A stretch of DNA of 63,846 nucleotides, filler included, from Limisphaerales bacterium (GTDB lineage Bacteria > Verrucomicrobiota > Verrucomicrobiia > Limisphaerales > SIBE01), in assembly GCA_044225505.1 (NCBI GenBank). It is 3 parts of 3 records of this genome, joined end to end, with 100 filler letters (N's around TTAATTAATTAA, not from the genome) between each part and the next. Parts side by side here need not be neighbours in the genome. Positions count along the whole stretch, not along the records: positions 25,006 to 49,643 come from JBGAIN010000125.1; positions 49,744 to 63,846 come from JBGAIN010000197.1; 1 more part is not named here. One strand, written 5' to 3'. This document shows positions 49,508 through 59,488 of this stretch, in pieces. The position numbers and the translations under genes are program-made. The notes under the pieces were generated by a model. The model did no database searches. It was not told the origin of the DNA and worked only from the letters and a program-made list of their open reading frames with translations. The stretch's first letter is position 1, and the number at the start of each line of letters is the position of its first letter.

Positions 49508-49643
49508 TTAGTGAGCGTGAGTTTTCAAGAGGTACGGCTCCTGAACCGGGACGCGCTGAAATGCATCAGCAGGACAGACTCGAGCAATGGCACACTCATT
49601 GCAGTTGAGGCATCGATCCTGACGAACTTGAAGAAAGAGCGAG
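49508..49643 (-). CDS. C-terminal fragment of a 4Fe-4S ferredoxin-type protein
   Basis: Manual translation SLFLQVRQDRCLNCNECAIARVCPADAFQRVP...*; stop abuts the next ATG; 5' part lost at the contig break. Confidence 0.8.
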
Positions 49644-49743
49644 NNNNNNNNNNNNNNNNNNNNNNNNNNNNNNNNNNNNNNNNNNNNTTAATTAATTAAN
49701 NNNNNNNNNNNNNNNNNNNNNNNNNNNNNNNNNNNNNNNNNNN
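49644..49743. other. Artificial contig-joining linker
   Basis: N run + TTAATTAATTAA + N run, 100 nt. Confidence 0.98.
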
Positions 49744-49932
49744 ACTTACCTACGACTGACAGGTCTGAGGCTAGGCTACCTGTTGAACTTCGGGGAAGCG
49801 CTGATGCGCGACGGGATCCCCGGGATCATTCATGGAACTCTCGATCCGGATCCGCTGTGCCTCGGTGCCTCCGTGAGAGAAAAATCTATCGTACCAGGCG
49901 GTTCACCGAACGCGGTGCCGCCGCGTCAGTGA
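49744..49932 (+). CDS. C-terminal fragment of a GxxExxY (PD-(D/E)XK-like) protein
   Basis: TYLRLTGLRLGYLLNFGEALM.DGI. Confidence 0.75.
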   Translation, partial: TYLRLTGLRLGYLLNFGEALMRDGIPGIIHGTLDPDPLCLGASVREKSIVPGGSPNAVPPRQ

Positions 49933-49946
49933 CCTTATCCTTCGGT

Positions 49947-50291
49947 ATGAAATCTCCGCTACAGTGGATTGCGCCTTGGGAGCCGATCGATCCGATGTTG
50001 GCAGCCAAATTCGAAGACGAGTACGCCAACGAGATTGCAAAGGGTCATCCCTTATACGGCGTCCCAGTGAGGGCCATTGGCCGACGCATCGATCGAGATG
50101 ACGTGTTGTTCGAGTTGCTTCGACACTTGTGCGACTACGCGGTCGTACACTTGACGTGGTCTGGGCGGGAGGAAGCGGCTCCGCACTGGCCGCGCTTTGA
50201 GCTGTTTCTAGACGATGAGTTGATGGAGAGATGCATCCGGCCGGCACAAAAGGATTACGAGGCATCAGGGAATCGGCGAACCCGACAGTGA
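49947..50291 (+). CDS. Hypothetical protein
   Basis: 114-aa ORF with a GHPLYG...RR.D.DDVLF...VVHLTW pattern. Confidence 0.65.
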   Translation: MKSPLQWIAPWEPIDPMLAAKFEDEYANEIAKGHPLYGVPVRAIGRRIDRDDVLFELLRHLCDYAVVHLTWSGREEAAPHWPRFELFLDDELMERCIRPAQKDYEASGNRRTRQ

Positions 50292-50450
50292 AGGCGGAGT
50301 TGCTGCACCACGTCACCGTTTGATGCCGGACGAAGACATAGGCACGCCGGGCCGAGTCAAGCTGGCGTTTTCGGCAGCAGTCGCTTACCTTCCAGGCCGG
50401 CCAAATTCTGACCGCGAAATGAACTTCAAACGGATGCGCAATAATTCCGA

Positions 50451-51137
50451 ATGGAAAGCGGAGATTCCATCGTGACCACTCCTTCGACCGAGAAGCACTT
50501 GGCTGCCAGAACACTGGTGGCCTTTGCCGTGTTGATGCTGGCGTGGTCATTAGCATGGTTGTGCAAGAGTGTGCTCGGCACCCGTTTCCCGTCGCTCGGC
50601 AGTGATACAGGCAGCGCGGTATTCTGGCTGACCGCCAAGCTGCTTCTCTGGATTCTGCCGGCTTGTTGGTTGGTGTGGAGTTCGGGTCGTCGGCTGGCCG
50701 ACGTGGCGAATGCCTCCGCGTGGTCGCGCTGGCTGTTCTGGGGCGGGACGGTGGGCTTGGCGATCGCGCTCACGGGGATTATTCCGAAAGTGCAGCGTGG
50801 TGCTCCCCTGCTGCCCAGAGGATTCGACTACGGAACCATGAACGCGCTGATCGTATCGCCGCTGTTTGAGGAGTTCCTGATTCGCGGCGCGCTCCTGGGC
50901 AACCTGATTCCTGCGTTGGGCTTCGCGCGAGCAAACGTAATTAGCGCACTGTGTTTTCTGGCGCTGCACCTTCCTGGGTGGTTCATGATGGGTTCGCTCG
51001 GAGCCAATCTAAGCCGTCCCGTTGGCGGGGCGTTGTCGATCTTCGTGTTAGGACTCTGCTTTGGTTGGGCTACGCGCCGGGGCGGGTCATTTCTCGGAGG
51101 GGCAGTTGCACATTTTCTCAATAACCTGTTTGCCTGA
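50451..51137 (+). CDS. CPBP (CAAX/Abi) family intramembrane metalloprotease
   Basis: EEFLIRG, FLALH, AHFLNN; multiple TM helices. Confidence 0.88.
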   Translation: MESGDSIVTTPSTEKHLAARTLVAFAVLMLAWSLAWLCKSVLGTRFPSLGSDTGSAVFWLTAKLLLWILPACWLVWSSGRRLADVANASAWSRWLFWGGTVGLAIALTGIIPKVQRGAPLLPRGFDYGTMNALIVSPLFEEFLIRGALLGNLIPALGFARANVISALCFLALHLPGWFMMGSLGANLSRPVGGALSIFVLGLCFGWATRRGGSFLGGAVAHFLNNLFA

Positions 51138-51445
51138 CGATGTGCGCGGCATGTCGAAACAAGAGAAACCTGTTCCGGGCAATGGCGAACAATGGCAGCA
51201 GCTTTTTCTCCTACGCGCTTTCGACGGGGAGCAGCTAACATGCTTGAACTTTGCGAAATAGAAGGTCCGACGTGGCGCTCCAACAGGCAGCGGGATGCGG
51301 GCGCCATCAGTGCCTAAATGACGGGGGGCGCCGCGGATCCAAAGGGTCAGCTGCAGAATAAAGGATGAATGCAGCGTCAATGAACGCCTGAGTGGGAAGG
51401 AGTGTGCGGCTAGTCTTCGACCTAGCCGCGATTCGTGAGGACGCC

Positions 51446-51922
51446 TCAGCCTCGCCGCGCGGCTTCGATCGTGGCGATGTCGATCTTCTTCATCGTCATC
51501 ATCGCTTCAAAAGCGCGCTTTGCCTGGCTCCCACCCGCGGCCATGGCCTCGGTGAGGGCGCGCGGAGTAATCTGCCAGGAAAGCCCCCAGCGGTCCCGAC
51601 ACCAACCGCACTCGCTTTCCTCGCCGCCATTGCTGACGATGGCATTCCAATAGCGGTCGGTCTCTTCTTGATTATCGGTTGCGACCTGGAAGGAAAACGC
51701 TTCGCTATGTTTAAAGGCCGGACCGCCATTGAGACCGAGGCAGGGAATGCCCAGGACCGTGAATTCTACCGTGAGGACATCGCCTTCTCTGCCACTTGGG
51801 TAGTCGCCGGGCGCGTTGTGAACCGCGGTTACTTTGCTATCTGGGAACGTCGCGGCGTAGAAACGCGCCGCCTCCAGCGCGTCTTTGTCGTACCAGAGGC
51901 ATATCGTGTTTTTCGGAATCAT
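51446..51922 (-). CDS. VOC/PhnB-like protein (3-demethylubiquinone-9 3-methyltransferase family)
   Basis: CLWY..A.EAA.FY, LNGGP.F..SEAFS, CGWCRDRWGLSWQI. Confidence 0.93.
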   Translation of the reverse strand: MIPKNTICLWYDKDALEAARFYAATFPDSKVTAVHNAPGDYPSGREGDVLTVEFTVLGIPCLGLNGGPAFKHSEAFSFQVATDNQEETDRYWNAIVSNGGEESECGWCRDRWGLSWQITPRALTEAMAAGGSQAKRAFEAMMTMKKIDIATIEAARRG

Positions 51923-52440
51923 GATTCTATACTCCTTGGGTCTTGGCTTTAGGGCAAGCGGCAGCGGTTGTTAGGTCGGTCCGCCTCGGCGGTGCACTCG
52001 TGGTCGTGAACCCCCGTTACGGCTGGCTTTGTCCAATTGTCCGAGTCTGTCCGGTATTCTGAATCGAATCGCTGGATCGACATCAACGCAAAGGGCCGGA
52101 GAGGCAAGCACAGAGGTTTACATAACGAGCGCCTAATTTCCAGAACCCGAGCTTTGCGAGGCATTCCGCACGCAACAAGTCAATCGTACCGCCGGTCTTG
52201 CTATTGCACCGAATCTTGGCACAGTCGAGGGATCTTTGGATCTGTTGTTCACTCCACAAGATGGAAATGCTGGGTGGGCCGGGAATCGAGGTTTCAAGGT
52301 CGCCAGAACGACTTCCAGGATAGCGTTAAGCCCGTTGTCGCACCCATTGGGTAACGGATCGAATAACCGATTCAAATGAAGAACACGTTCTACAGTCTGG
52401 ACACAGCCTGCGCGCTCTGTCGGATAGATTAGGCACGGGC

Positions 52441-53865
52441 ATGCAAGATCCTCTCATTATTCAAGGTGGCATGGGCGTGGCGGTCTCCAATTGGGCGCTG
52501 GCTCGTGCGGTTTCGCGCCTCGGTCAGTTGGGCGTGGTCTCGGGGACGGCCCTGGCCGTGGTGCTCGTGCGGCGCTTGCAACTTGGCGATTCCGACGGCC
52601 AAATGCGCCATGCGCTTGCTCAGTTCCCATTGCCAGCCATGGCTGAACGGATCCTGTCGGACTATTACATTCCCGGCGGCAAATCCAGTCGCGCTCCTTT
52701 CAAGCTCACGCCGGTGCCCAACGTGCCCTCCCGTTGCAGTTTGGTCGAACTGACCGTTGTGGCGAATTTCGTAGAGGTCTTTCTGGCAAAAGAGGGGCAC
52801 GACGGCCGGGTGGGCATCAATTACCTTGAGCGAATCCAGGTTCCGACACTTCCATCCATATACGGCGCGATGTTGGCCAAGGTGGATTACATCCTGATGG
52901 GGGCAGGGATTCCCCGTGCTGTCCCGGGAGCTCTCGACCTTCTCGCACAGGGCCAGACCGCGTCACTGCCGGTCGACGTGGAGGGAGCGCTCCCCGGCGA
53001 AAAGCTGACCACGAGTTTTGATCCGCAAGACTTTTTTGCCGGCCTCGCCCCGCAACTGCGGCGGCCGTTCTTTCTTGGGATTATTTCCTCCGCAGCCTTG
53101 GCGCTCACGCTGGCGAGGAAAGCGAGCGGACGCGTCGATGGGTTCATCATTGAAGGGCCCACGGCGGGTGGTCACAACGCCCCGCCTCGGGGTCCTCTGC
53201 AACTCACCGCGGAAGGCGAACCTGTCTATGGCGCTCGCGACATTCCCGAGTTGGATAAGATACGCGCTTTGGGTTTGCCCTTCTGGCTGGCCGGCAGTTA
53301 CGGCCGCCCTGGCAAACTGGCCGAAGCTCTCAGCTTAGGCGCGGCAGGCATTCAAGTGGGAACGCTCTTTGCCTTTTGCCAGGAGTCGGGACTGCAATCC
53401 GAAATCAAGCGACAGTTGATTGCCGCCAGCCGTTTGGGGCAGATGCGGGTCTTCACCGATCCCGTAGCTTCGCCGACGGGATTTCCCTTCAAAATCGCTC
53501 AGCTCGACACGACCCTTTCGAGCTCTCCCAATTATCTAGCCCGACCTCGCATTTGCGACCTGGGTTACCTGCGTCATCTTTATCGCAAGGCGGACGGGAC
53601 GATTGGCTATCGTTGTCCGGCCGAAGTGCAGGATCAGTATCGGCGCAAAGGCGGCGCCATTCAAGATACCCTGGGTCGCAGGTGTATCTGCAACGCTTTG
53701 CTGGCTGCGGCTGGGTTCCCGCAGATTCGCGCCGATGGCCAAGCCGAACTACCGATCGTCACCGCTGGCGACGACCTCTCCCAGATCGCGAAATATATGG
53801 GGCCGGACCGGGATTCCTACTCCGTGGCCGACGTCCTTCACCTCCTTCTAGCTCCGGTCGCGTGA
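52441..53865 (+). CDS. Nitronate monooxygenase / FabK-like FMN oxidoreductase
   Basis: IIQGGMG, MGAGIP, EGPTAGGH, GA.GIQVGT.F..C.ES. Confidence 0.88.
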   Translation: MQDPLIIQGGMGVAVSNWALARAVSRLGQLGVVSGTALAVVLVRRLQLGDSDGQMRHALAQFPLPAMAERILSDYYIPGGKSSRAPFKLTPVPNVPSRCSLVELTVVANFVEVFLAKEGHDGRVGINYLERIQVPTLPSIYGAMLAKVDYILMGAGIPRAVPGALDLLAQGQTASLPVDVEGALPGEKLTTSFDPQDFFAGLAPQLRRPFFLGIISSAALALTLARKASGRVDGFIIEGPTAGGHNAPPRGPLQLTAEGEPVYGARDIPELDKIRALGLPFWLAGSYGRPGKLAEALSLGAAGIQVGTLFAFCQESGLQSEIKRQLIAASRLGQMRVFTDPVASPTGFPFKIAQLDTTLSSSPNYLARPRICDLGYLRHLYRKADGTIGYRCPAEVQDQYRRKGGAIQDTLGRRCICNALLAAAGFPQIRADGQAELPIVTAGDDLSQIAKYMGPDRDSYSVADVLHLLLAPVA

Positions 53866-53962
53866 TCGGGCCTGAGGAAAGGTGCCATCGAAGGGATGGC
53901 GAAGCTGGCCGGCAACGCGCGTTGCGGTTGAATCTGGGGACACAACCGCGCATGCTGTTCGC

Positions 53963-55360
53963 ATGAGTCTCTCGGACAGTTTTGATTATGACGTGGCAGT
54001 GATCGGCGGTGGGAGCGCTGGGTATGCAGCCGCCCGCACCACAGCGGCGGCCGGACAACGCACCGTGCTGATCGAAGGGGGAAAAGAGATTGGCGGTCTC
54101 TGTATCCTGCGCGGCTGCATGCCGACCAAAGCTCTGCTGCAATCGGCCGAGGTGCTACATCAGGTCCGGCGCGCCGAGGTTTTTGGGATTCATCCAGGGA
54201 CGGTGCGCTTCGATTTCCAAGCGGTCATGGAGCGGAAGAACCGGTTGATTGGCGAGTTTGCGGAATATCGGCGGGGCCAACTGCTCCTGGGCAAGTTTCA
54301 GTTCGTGCACGGGAATGCGCGCTTTATCGATTCGCAGACCGTCGCGATCAGCACGGGAGAAAAGATCCGCGCCAAACACTTTATCCTTTGCACGGGATCG
54401 GTCGTGGCGCCCAGTCCGTTGCCCGATCTGGATCAAGCGGGATTCCTGACGAGCGACGATGCGCTCTTTCTGACTCGGTTGCCACAGTCGTTGTTAGTGC
54501 TGGGAGGCGGTGCCGTGGCGATCGAATTTGCCCAGTTCTTCGCCCGGTTCGGAGTCCGAGTGACACTGATCCAAAGGAGCCCGCATATTCTGCGCGAGAT
54601 GGATGAGGATGCGGCCGCGATCCTGGAGGAAGCTCTCGTGCATGAGGGCATCATGCTTTACACCGGGACGGATCTTGTGGGCGCAGGGCGTCACCACGGC
54701 GGCAAGTTCGTGGAGTTCCATCACCACGGCAAGCGAGTGCGGGTCGAGGCCGAAGAGATCTTTTTCGGTTTGGGCCGGGTGCCGAATACTGAGTCGCTGC
54801 ATCTGGAAGCTGCGCACGTCTCGGTGGTGCGCGGCCGGATCGTGACATCGAACGAGATGCAGACCAGTGCGGAGAACATCTACGCGGCCGGGGATTGCAC
54901 TGGCTTGCACGAGATTGTCCACATTGCCATCCAGCAAGCGGAGGTCGCCGCGCACAACGTGATTTGGCCAGAGCGGCGCCGGTCCTGGGATAGCCGCCTC
55001 CTGACGTCGGTCGTGTTTAGCGATCCGCAAATTGCCACGGTCGGTTTGACCGAGAAAGCCGCTCGAGCCCTAGGGATTCCATATCGAACTGCGCAATATC
55101 CATTTTCCGACCACGGAAAGTCGTTATTGATGGAGGCTAAAGACGGAATCGTGAAGTTGCTGGCCGATCCGAGGACCGGCGAGATATTAGGGGGCGGGGT
55201 CGTTGGGCCGGTGGGGGGAGAACTGATCCACGAGATCATCGTGGCCATGGCCAAGCGCATGACCGTCCATGAGCTGGCGGCGGTGCCTCATTACCATCCG
55301 ACACTGGCCGAGATCTGGACCTATCCTGCCGAAGAGTTGGCCGCTCAGATCCCGGTATAG
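53963..55360 (+). CDS. Class-I pyridine nucleotide-disulfide oxidoreductase (Lpd/MerA-like)
   Basis: GGGSAG, GGLCILRGCMPTK, GGGAVAIE, AAGD, HPTLAE; no C-terminal Cys pair. Confidence 0.9.
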   Translation: MSLSDSFDYDVAVIGGGSAGYAAARTTAAAGQRTVLIEGGKEIGGLCILRGCMPTKALLQSAEVLHQVRRAEVFGIHPGTVRFDFQAVMERKNRLIGEFAEYRRGQLLLGKFQFVHGNARFIDSQTVAISTGEKIRAKHFILCTGSVVAPSPLPDLDQAGFLTSDDALFLTRLPQSLLVLGGGAVAIEFAQFFARFGVRVTLIQRSPHILREMDEDAAAILEEALVHEGIMLYTGTDLVGAGRHHGGKFVEFHHHGKRVRVEAEEIFFGLGRVPNTESLHLEAAHVSVVRGRIVTSNEMQTSAENIYAAGDCTGLHEIVHIAIQQAEVAAHNVIWPERRRSWDSRLLTSVVFSDPQIATVGLTEKAARALGIPYRTAQYPFSDHGKSLLMEAKDGIVKLLADPRTGEILGGGVVGPVGGELIHEIIVAMAKRMTVHELAAVPHYHPTLAEIWTYPAEELAAQIPV

Positions 55361-55617
55361 CGTAAGGGTTGCTGCGGGGTCAGGGAGTGCAAACGTCCGC
55401 ACGGCCGCCAAAACATTGAATTGGGACACGACCTCGGGCAATCTCCAGGTCCGAGACAGAGTCGAACTGCTGGTCGCTTCAATTTTCGAGAGCGAGCGGG
55501 GTGCGAGCGCCCGCGTCTATTCTTTGTCGAGGCCACCTTTGGCGGGCGGAACGGAAATCGCTATGACCGTACGTAGAAATGCGGCATCGACTAAACTTGT
55601 CTGCCTAACAGACGGCA

Positions 55618-56280
55618 ATGGAACAGAATGAGACAATAAAACTAATGTTGGTGGACGACCATCCGTTCGTTCTGGAGGGGATCCGCTCGTGGCTGAGCCA
55701 TCACCCGGGCGTGGAGATCATCGGGGACGCCAGCAACGGTCGCGAGGCCATCGAGAAAGCCCTGCAATTGAATCCGCATGTGATTGTCATGGACATCAGC
55801 ATGCCCGTCATGGACGGCCTAGAAGCCACCCGCCACTTACGGAAGACAGCGCCCGACATCAAAGTGCTCCTCCTGAGCATGCATGATAAAGGGGAGTTTG
55901 CCGGACAGATTGTGGAGTCGGGTGCGCGTGGATACGTCTCCAAAAACGCCTCCCCAGAAGAATTGTTGAGCACTATCCAGGCGATCTATCGTGGGGATAC
56001 CGTTTTCAATTCCGGGATGACCGACGCCTTCCTTAAACAATTCTTCGAAGGCGTTGGGAAACCCAAGAGCCCGCGCCCGATGGAATTGTCACTGCGCGAG
56101 CGCGAGGTTTTGACGCTGGTGGCCGAGGGTTTTTCCAACAAGGAAGCGGCCGGCGTGCTCGGGGTGAGCGTGCGGACGGTGGAGAAGCATCGCGAGCGAA
56201 TCATGGACAAACTGGATCTGCATAGCGTGGTAGAATTGACGAAGTACGCCATTGCGCATCAGATGGTGCGAGTGAGTTGA
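55618..56280 (+). CDS. NarL/LuxR-family response regulator
   Basis: VDDHP, MDISMP, LSLRE..TVEKHR. Confidence 0.95.
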   Translation: MEQNETIKLMLVDDHPFVLEGIRSWLSHHPGVEIIGDASNGREAIEKALQLNPHVIVMDISMPVMDGLEATRHLRKTAPDIKVLLLSMHDKGEFAGQIVESGARGYVSKNASPEELLSTIQAIYRGDTVFNSGMTDAFLKQFFEGVGKPKSPRPMELSLREREVLTLVAEGFSNKEAAGVLGVSVRTVEKHRERIMDKLDLHSVVELTKYAIAHQMVRVS

Positions 56281-56368
56281 TAGGTCCCGGCGGCGGATGG
56301 CGATCGACGGCCCGTTGGGGCAGTCGCTCAGCGCGGAGCGGGGTTTAGGCCGAACCGTTTCGACGAAT

Positions 56369-57187
56369 CTATTTGTAGAACGGGTCGAGGTAAAGGCGAT
56401 CCAGGCTTTCGCGGCCGAGCAGCATATCAATGACTTTCTGGCGGCGCCACGCTTCGATATGCCCGTCACAAAAAGCGAACTGAACTCGATTATTGTGTAC
56501 CACAAACTGGCCATGCACCGCGCTCGCTTCGCTCCCCGGATGGAAACTGGCGTTATGCATTGTTTCTGGCGATTCCTGAACGAACAGAATCTTCTGTGAA
56601 GGGCTGCCCAGCGCGGTCGTCTGAATTCCTCGCGGACCACTCGAGCGGCGGTTGGCCAGGGAGACGTTGGCGTCGATATCTCCGTTCATGCTGAAATTCA
56701 CACGCAAAGCCCGACCAATCTTGCCTGTGCTTGGGCATTGATACACGGCGAAGGTGTTGGTGTAGGAGTCCCGATGGGGCGTCACCCTCGGCTTGTTCAT
56801 GACAAACGGGAAGATCGATCCGGACTCCGCGTGATGCCCGTAACCGACGTTCTTCCATTGGGAAGGTGCGGCCGTTTGGTTGTTGGGTTGACCGCCGAAA
56901 ACCCAGTCGGGCTCCGAGTTTCGATCAACTCCTCCAGCCCAAGGCAAGTATTCCCGGTTGTCGTCCGCATACATCAAAGCGCCCAGCGCGAGTTGGCGCA
57001 TGTTCCCTTTGCAATAAGCCATGCGGCCGCTCTCTTTTGCCCTGGAGAGGGCGGGCAAAAGTAGACTGGCGAGAATGCCGATGATGGCGACCACAACGAG
57101 CAACTCGATGAGTGTGAACCCCGGCCGCAACGGGCGACGTAAGGGGCGAAGACGAAGCAAAGCCTTATTTGGCCATGAGACAGGCAC
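56369..57187 (-). CDS. Prepilin-type N-terminal cleavage/methylation protein with H-X9-DG motif
   Basis: [38 protein letters not shown]. Confidence 0.92.
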   Translation of the reverse strand: MPVSWPNKALLRLRPLRRPLRPGFTLIELLVVVAIIGILASLLLPALSRAKESGRMAYCKGNMRQLALGALMYADDNREYLPWAGGVDRNSEPDWVFGGQPNNQTAAPSQWKNVGYGHHAESGSIFPFVMNKPRVTPHRDSYTNTFAVYQCPSTGKIGRALRVNFSMNGDIDANVSLANRRSSGPRGIQTTALGSPSQKILFVQESPETMHNASFHPGSEASAVHGQFVVHNNRVQFAFCDGHIEAWRRQKVIDMLLGRESLDRLYLDPFYK

Positions 57188-58221
57188 GACTCAAGGAGTT
57201 TGGCAGTTGGTGACGTGCGATTGGAGACAACGATAGGTGCACCCGCGAGCCCGGACAACTGTGCTTCTGTGGGCACAGCTAACGGATGACGCGTCTGGCA
57301 GGGCGCTCGGGTCGCAGACAGGATGCGGTTTTTGAGTGAGGGGGAGAGGGATCGTGAAGGAGCCTGCGCGGATCGTAAAGCATATGGCTGCGGCCCGCGC
57401 TCTGAGGACTCTGCGGCTTGCCCGTCGGAAGTAACGCGCCCTGATCACGAACCTGGCGACGCGCCTGGAGGAAATGCGCAGGGGAAGGTTTAGGGTATTG
57501 GTAACGCATTAATCATGAGAGAGAAAGGCGGGGATTGACGATTTGGCGGAGTGAGGTTGCGCTGAAGCTGGAGTTGAGGGAGAGTGATTGTCATGAAGCA
57601 GATCAGCGGCAACGTCCTCGATTTCGACGCGGATGAAGATGATGGGCGGTGGTCCTGTCGTCCACGCCCCGTACGGCGATCGGTGCGGCGATGTCGCAAA
57701 AGGCGGCCGGGAAGGCGATTTGTTTCTGTAACGTGTTGAAATCTAATACACGAGAGATTTCCAGGACTCACTTCGGCGGTTCGTCAACTGGATTGGTGCA
57801 GGCTTGATTCTCATTCGCCTCGGCCCTCTGCGGAATACGAGGCGCAGGTTTACCCCGGTTGCTAAGCAAGCTTGGTCCGGCTGATATCGACCAGTCCTGA
57901 CGGCGCTAAGAGGTCCCCGGAACCCCTCGGCGTTGAACCGCCGAAATGGTTCTGCTGCGTCCCTCCCCGATACTTGGTTTGCGATCTATCCCAATGCGAA
58001 CGTCCACCGCAAGACGTGCCGGGCCGCAACCGTTTCGTGTCTTAAGCCACACACAGGAAACCGAGATCACTGCTGCAAAACCCGGTTACAGCCGCAGTCC
58101 GAGCGACAGAGTTTCCGCGGTTGGCCCTTTCGGGCATCGCTGTGGTCCGCTTTCGTGTAGCCCGATGGAATACGTTGACGGGTTTTGTGGGGTTGCTTAA
58201 CCTGCAGCAGCGCAAGCCCGA

Positions 58222-59370
58222 ATGAACACGAACTGTTGTAAGACCCATCGGCGTGGTTGGTGGTTGATGATTAACGAGGGGCAAAGGCTGGTTCGATCGA
58301 GCCGACTGGCGGCCGGCTTCTGGGCGTTGATCCTCGCGTCTGGTATCGCGGGTGGGACGGGATGTCATAAGAAAGCGGCGGTGGCGGCGGCGGGGCCGCC
58401 GGTGGTGCAAGTCGTTGCGGTTCCTGCGAAGCGACAGGCTGTTTCCGAAACCTTGGCGTTGCCGGCAACCGTGGCGGCTAACGAAATGGTAGACCTCAAG
58501 CCGGAAGCAGACGGCATCGTTCAACAGATTAATTTTACGGAGGGCGAGCGGGTTCCCCAAGGAAAAGTCCTGGTGCAACTGGACGAGAGCAAGCTGGCGG
58601 CTGCGGTCATGGAAGCGGAAGCAAACTTGAAGTTGAGCCAAGCCAACTTCGAACGCGCCAAGCAACTCTACGAGCAGAAGCTCATCTCCCAACAAGATTT
58701 CGAACAAACAGCCGCGACGTTTTCTGTGAACCAGGCGGATGTCGAGTTAAAGCGACGCCTATTGCGCGACGCCCGTGTCACCGCCCCGTTTGGGGGAATG
58801 GTGGGCGCCCGTCAAGTGAGCCCGGGGCAAGTGGTCAGCCGCACGACGACCTTGACCTCGCTAGTGGACCTGGACGTCGTCAAAGTGGAAGTCAAGGTTC
58901 CCGAAAAATACCTGCGCCAGTTACGTCTGGAACAACCTCTGGAATTTACCGTGGCGGCGTTTCCCGATGAACGGTTTCGCGGCGAGGTTTACTTTATCTC
59001 ACCCCAGATTGACGAAGGGACGCGCACCGCCCTGGTCAAGGCGCGCATTCCCAATCCCGACGCCAAATTGCGGGGAGGAATGTTCGCGAGTTTGGATCTC
59101 ACGTTGCAACTCCGGGACTCGGCCATTGTGATTCCCGAGCCGGCGTTGATGAGCAATGGAGACGCTTTTTCCGTATTTGTGATCGACGCCAACAACACGG
59201 CGCAGCTGCGGCCGGTGCAGGTTGGGTATCGATTGGCTGGCAAAGCCGAAATCGTCAAAGGCTTGGAAGCAGGCGAACGCGTGGTTGTCGAAGGCGTCCA
59301 GAAACTCCGGCCGGGTGGCGCGGTGAAGTTGGCTCCGCCTGAAGCCGCGGCTCCATACACGAGCTCTTGA
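58222..59370 (+). CDS. RND efflux periplasmic adaptor (MFP) subunit
   Basis: G.V..I.F.EG..V..G..L; APFGG; LRGGMF; GL..GE.VV.EG; start uncertain. Confidence 0.92.
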   Translation: MNTNCCKTHRRGWWLMINEGQRLVRSSRLAAGFWALILASGIAGGTGCHKKAAVAAAGPPVVQVVAVPAKRQAVSETLALPATVAANEMVDLKPEADGIVQQINFTEGERVPQGKVLVQLDESKLAAAVMEAEANLKLSQANFERAKQLYEQKLISQQDFEQTAATFSVNQADVELKRRLLRDARVTAPFGGMVGARQVSPGQVVSRTTTLTSLVDLDVVKVEVKVPEKYLRQLRLEQPLEFTVAAFPDERFRGEVYFISPQIDEGTRTALVKARIPNPDAKLRGGMFASLDLTLQLRDSAIVIPEPALMSNGDAFSVFVIDANNTAQLRPVQVGYRLAGKAEIVKGLEAGERVVVEGVQKLRPGGAVKLAPPEAAAPYTSS

Positions 59371-59488
59371 GGTCTCAAGAAAGGTCGGTGTGTTGCCTAC
59401 TTCGTTCGAATTGTTAGTTTGGGCCGGGCGCCAGTGCTTCCTGGCATCGTCTCTTGGATTGTGAGCGAACCTATAAACTAAGCGCTGC

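Noticed and set aside
51950..52430. ~480-bp intergenic region as an ncRNA or small-gene locus
   Set aside because: No convincing structure, repeat or ORF found by eye.
53963..55360. Mercuric reductase MerA call
   Set aside because: No C-terminal Cys-Cys pair, no N-terminal metal-binding domain and no mer genes nearby.
57375..57430. Minus-strand GGGCAAGCCGC...GCGGGCCGCAGCC resembling a c-di-GMP-I riboswitch
   Set aside because: Lacks the GNRA loop, the GCAAAG motif and a convincing second stem.
57840..57915. Weak period-11 GG pattern as another copy of the 123-bp element
   Set aside because: No inverted right arm in phase and no matching flank.
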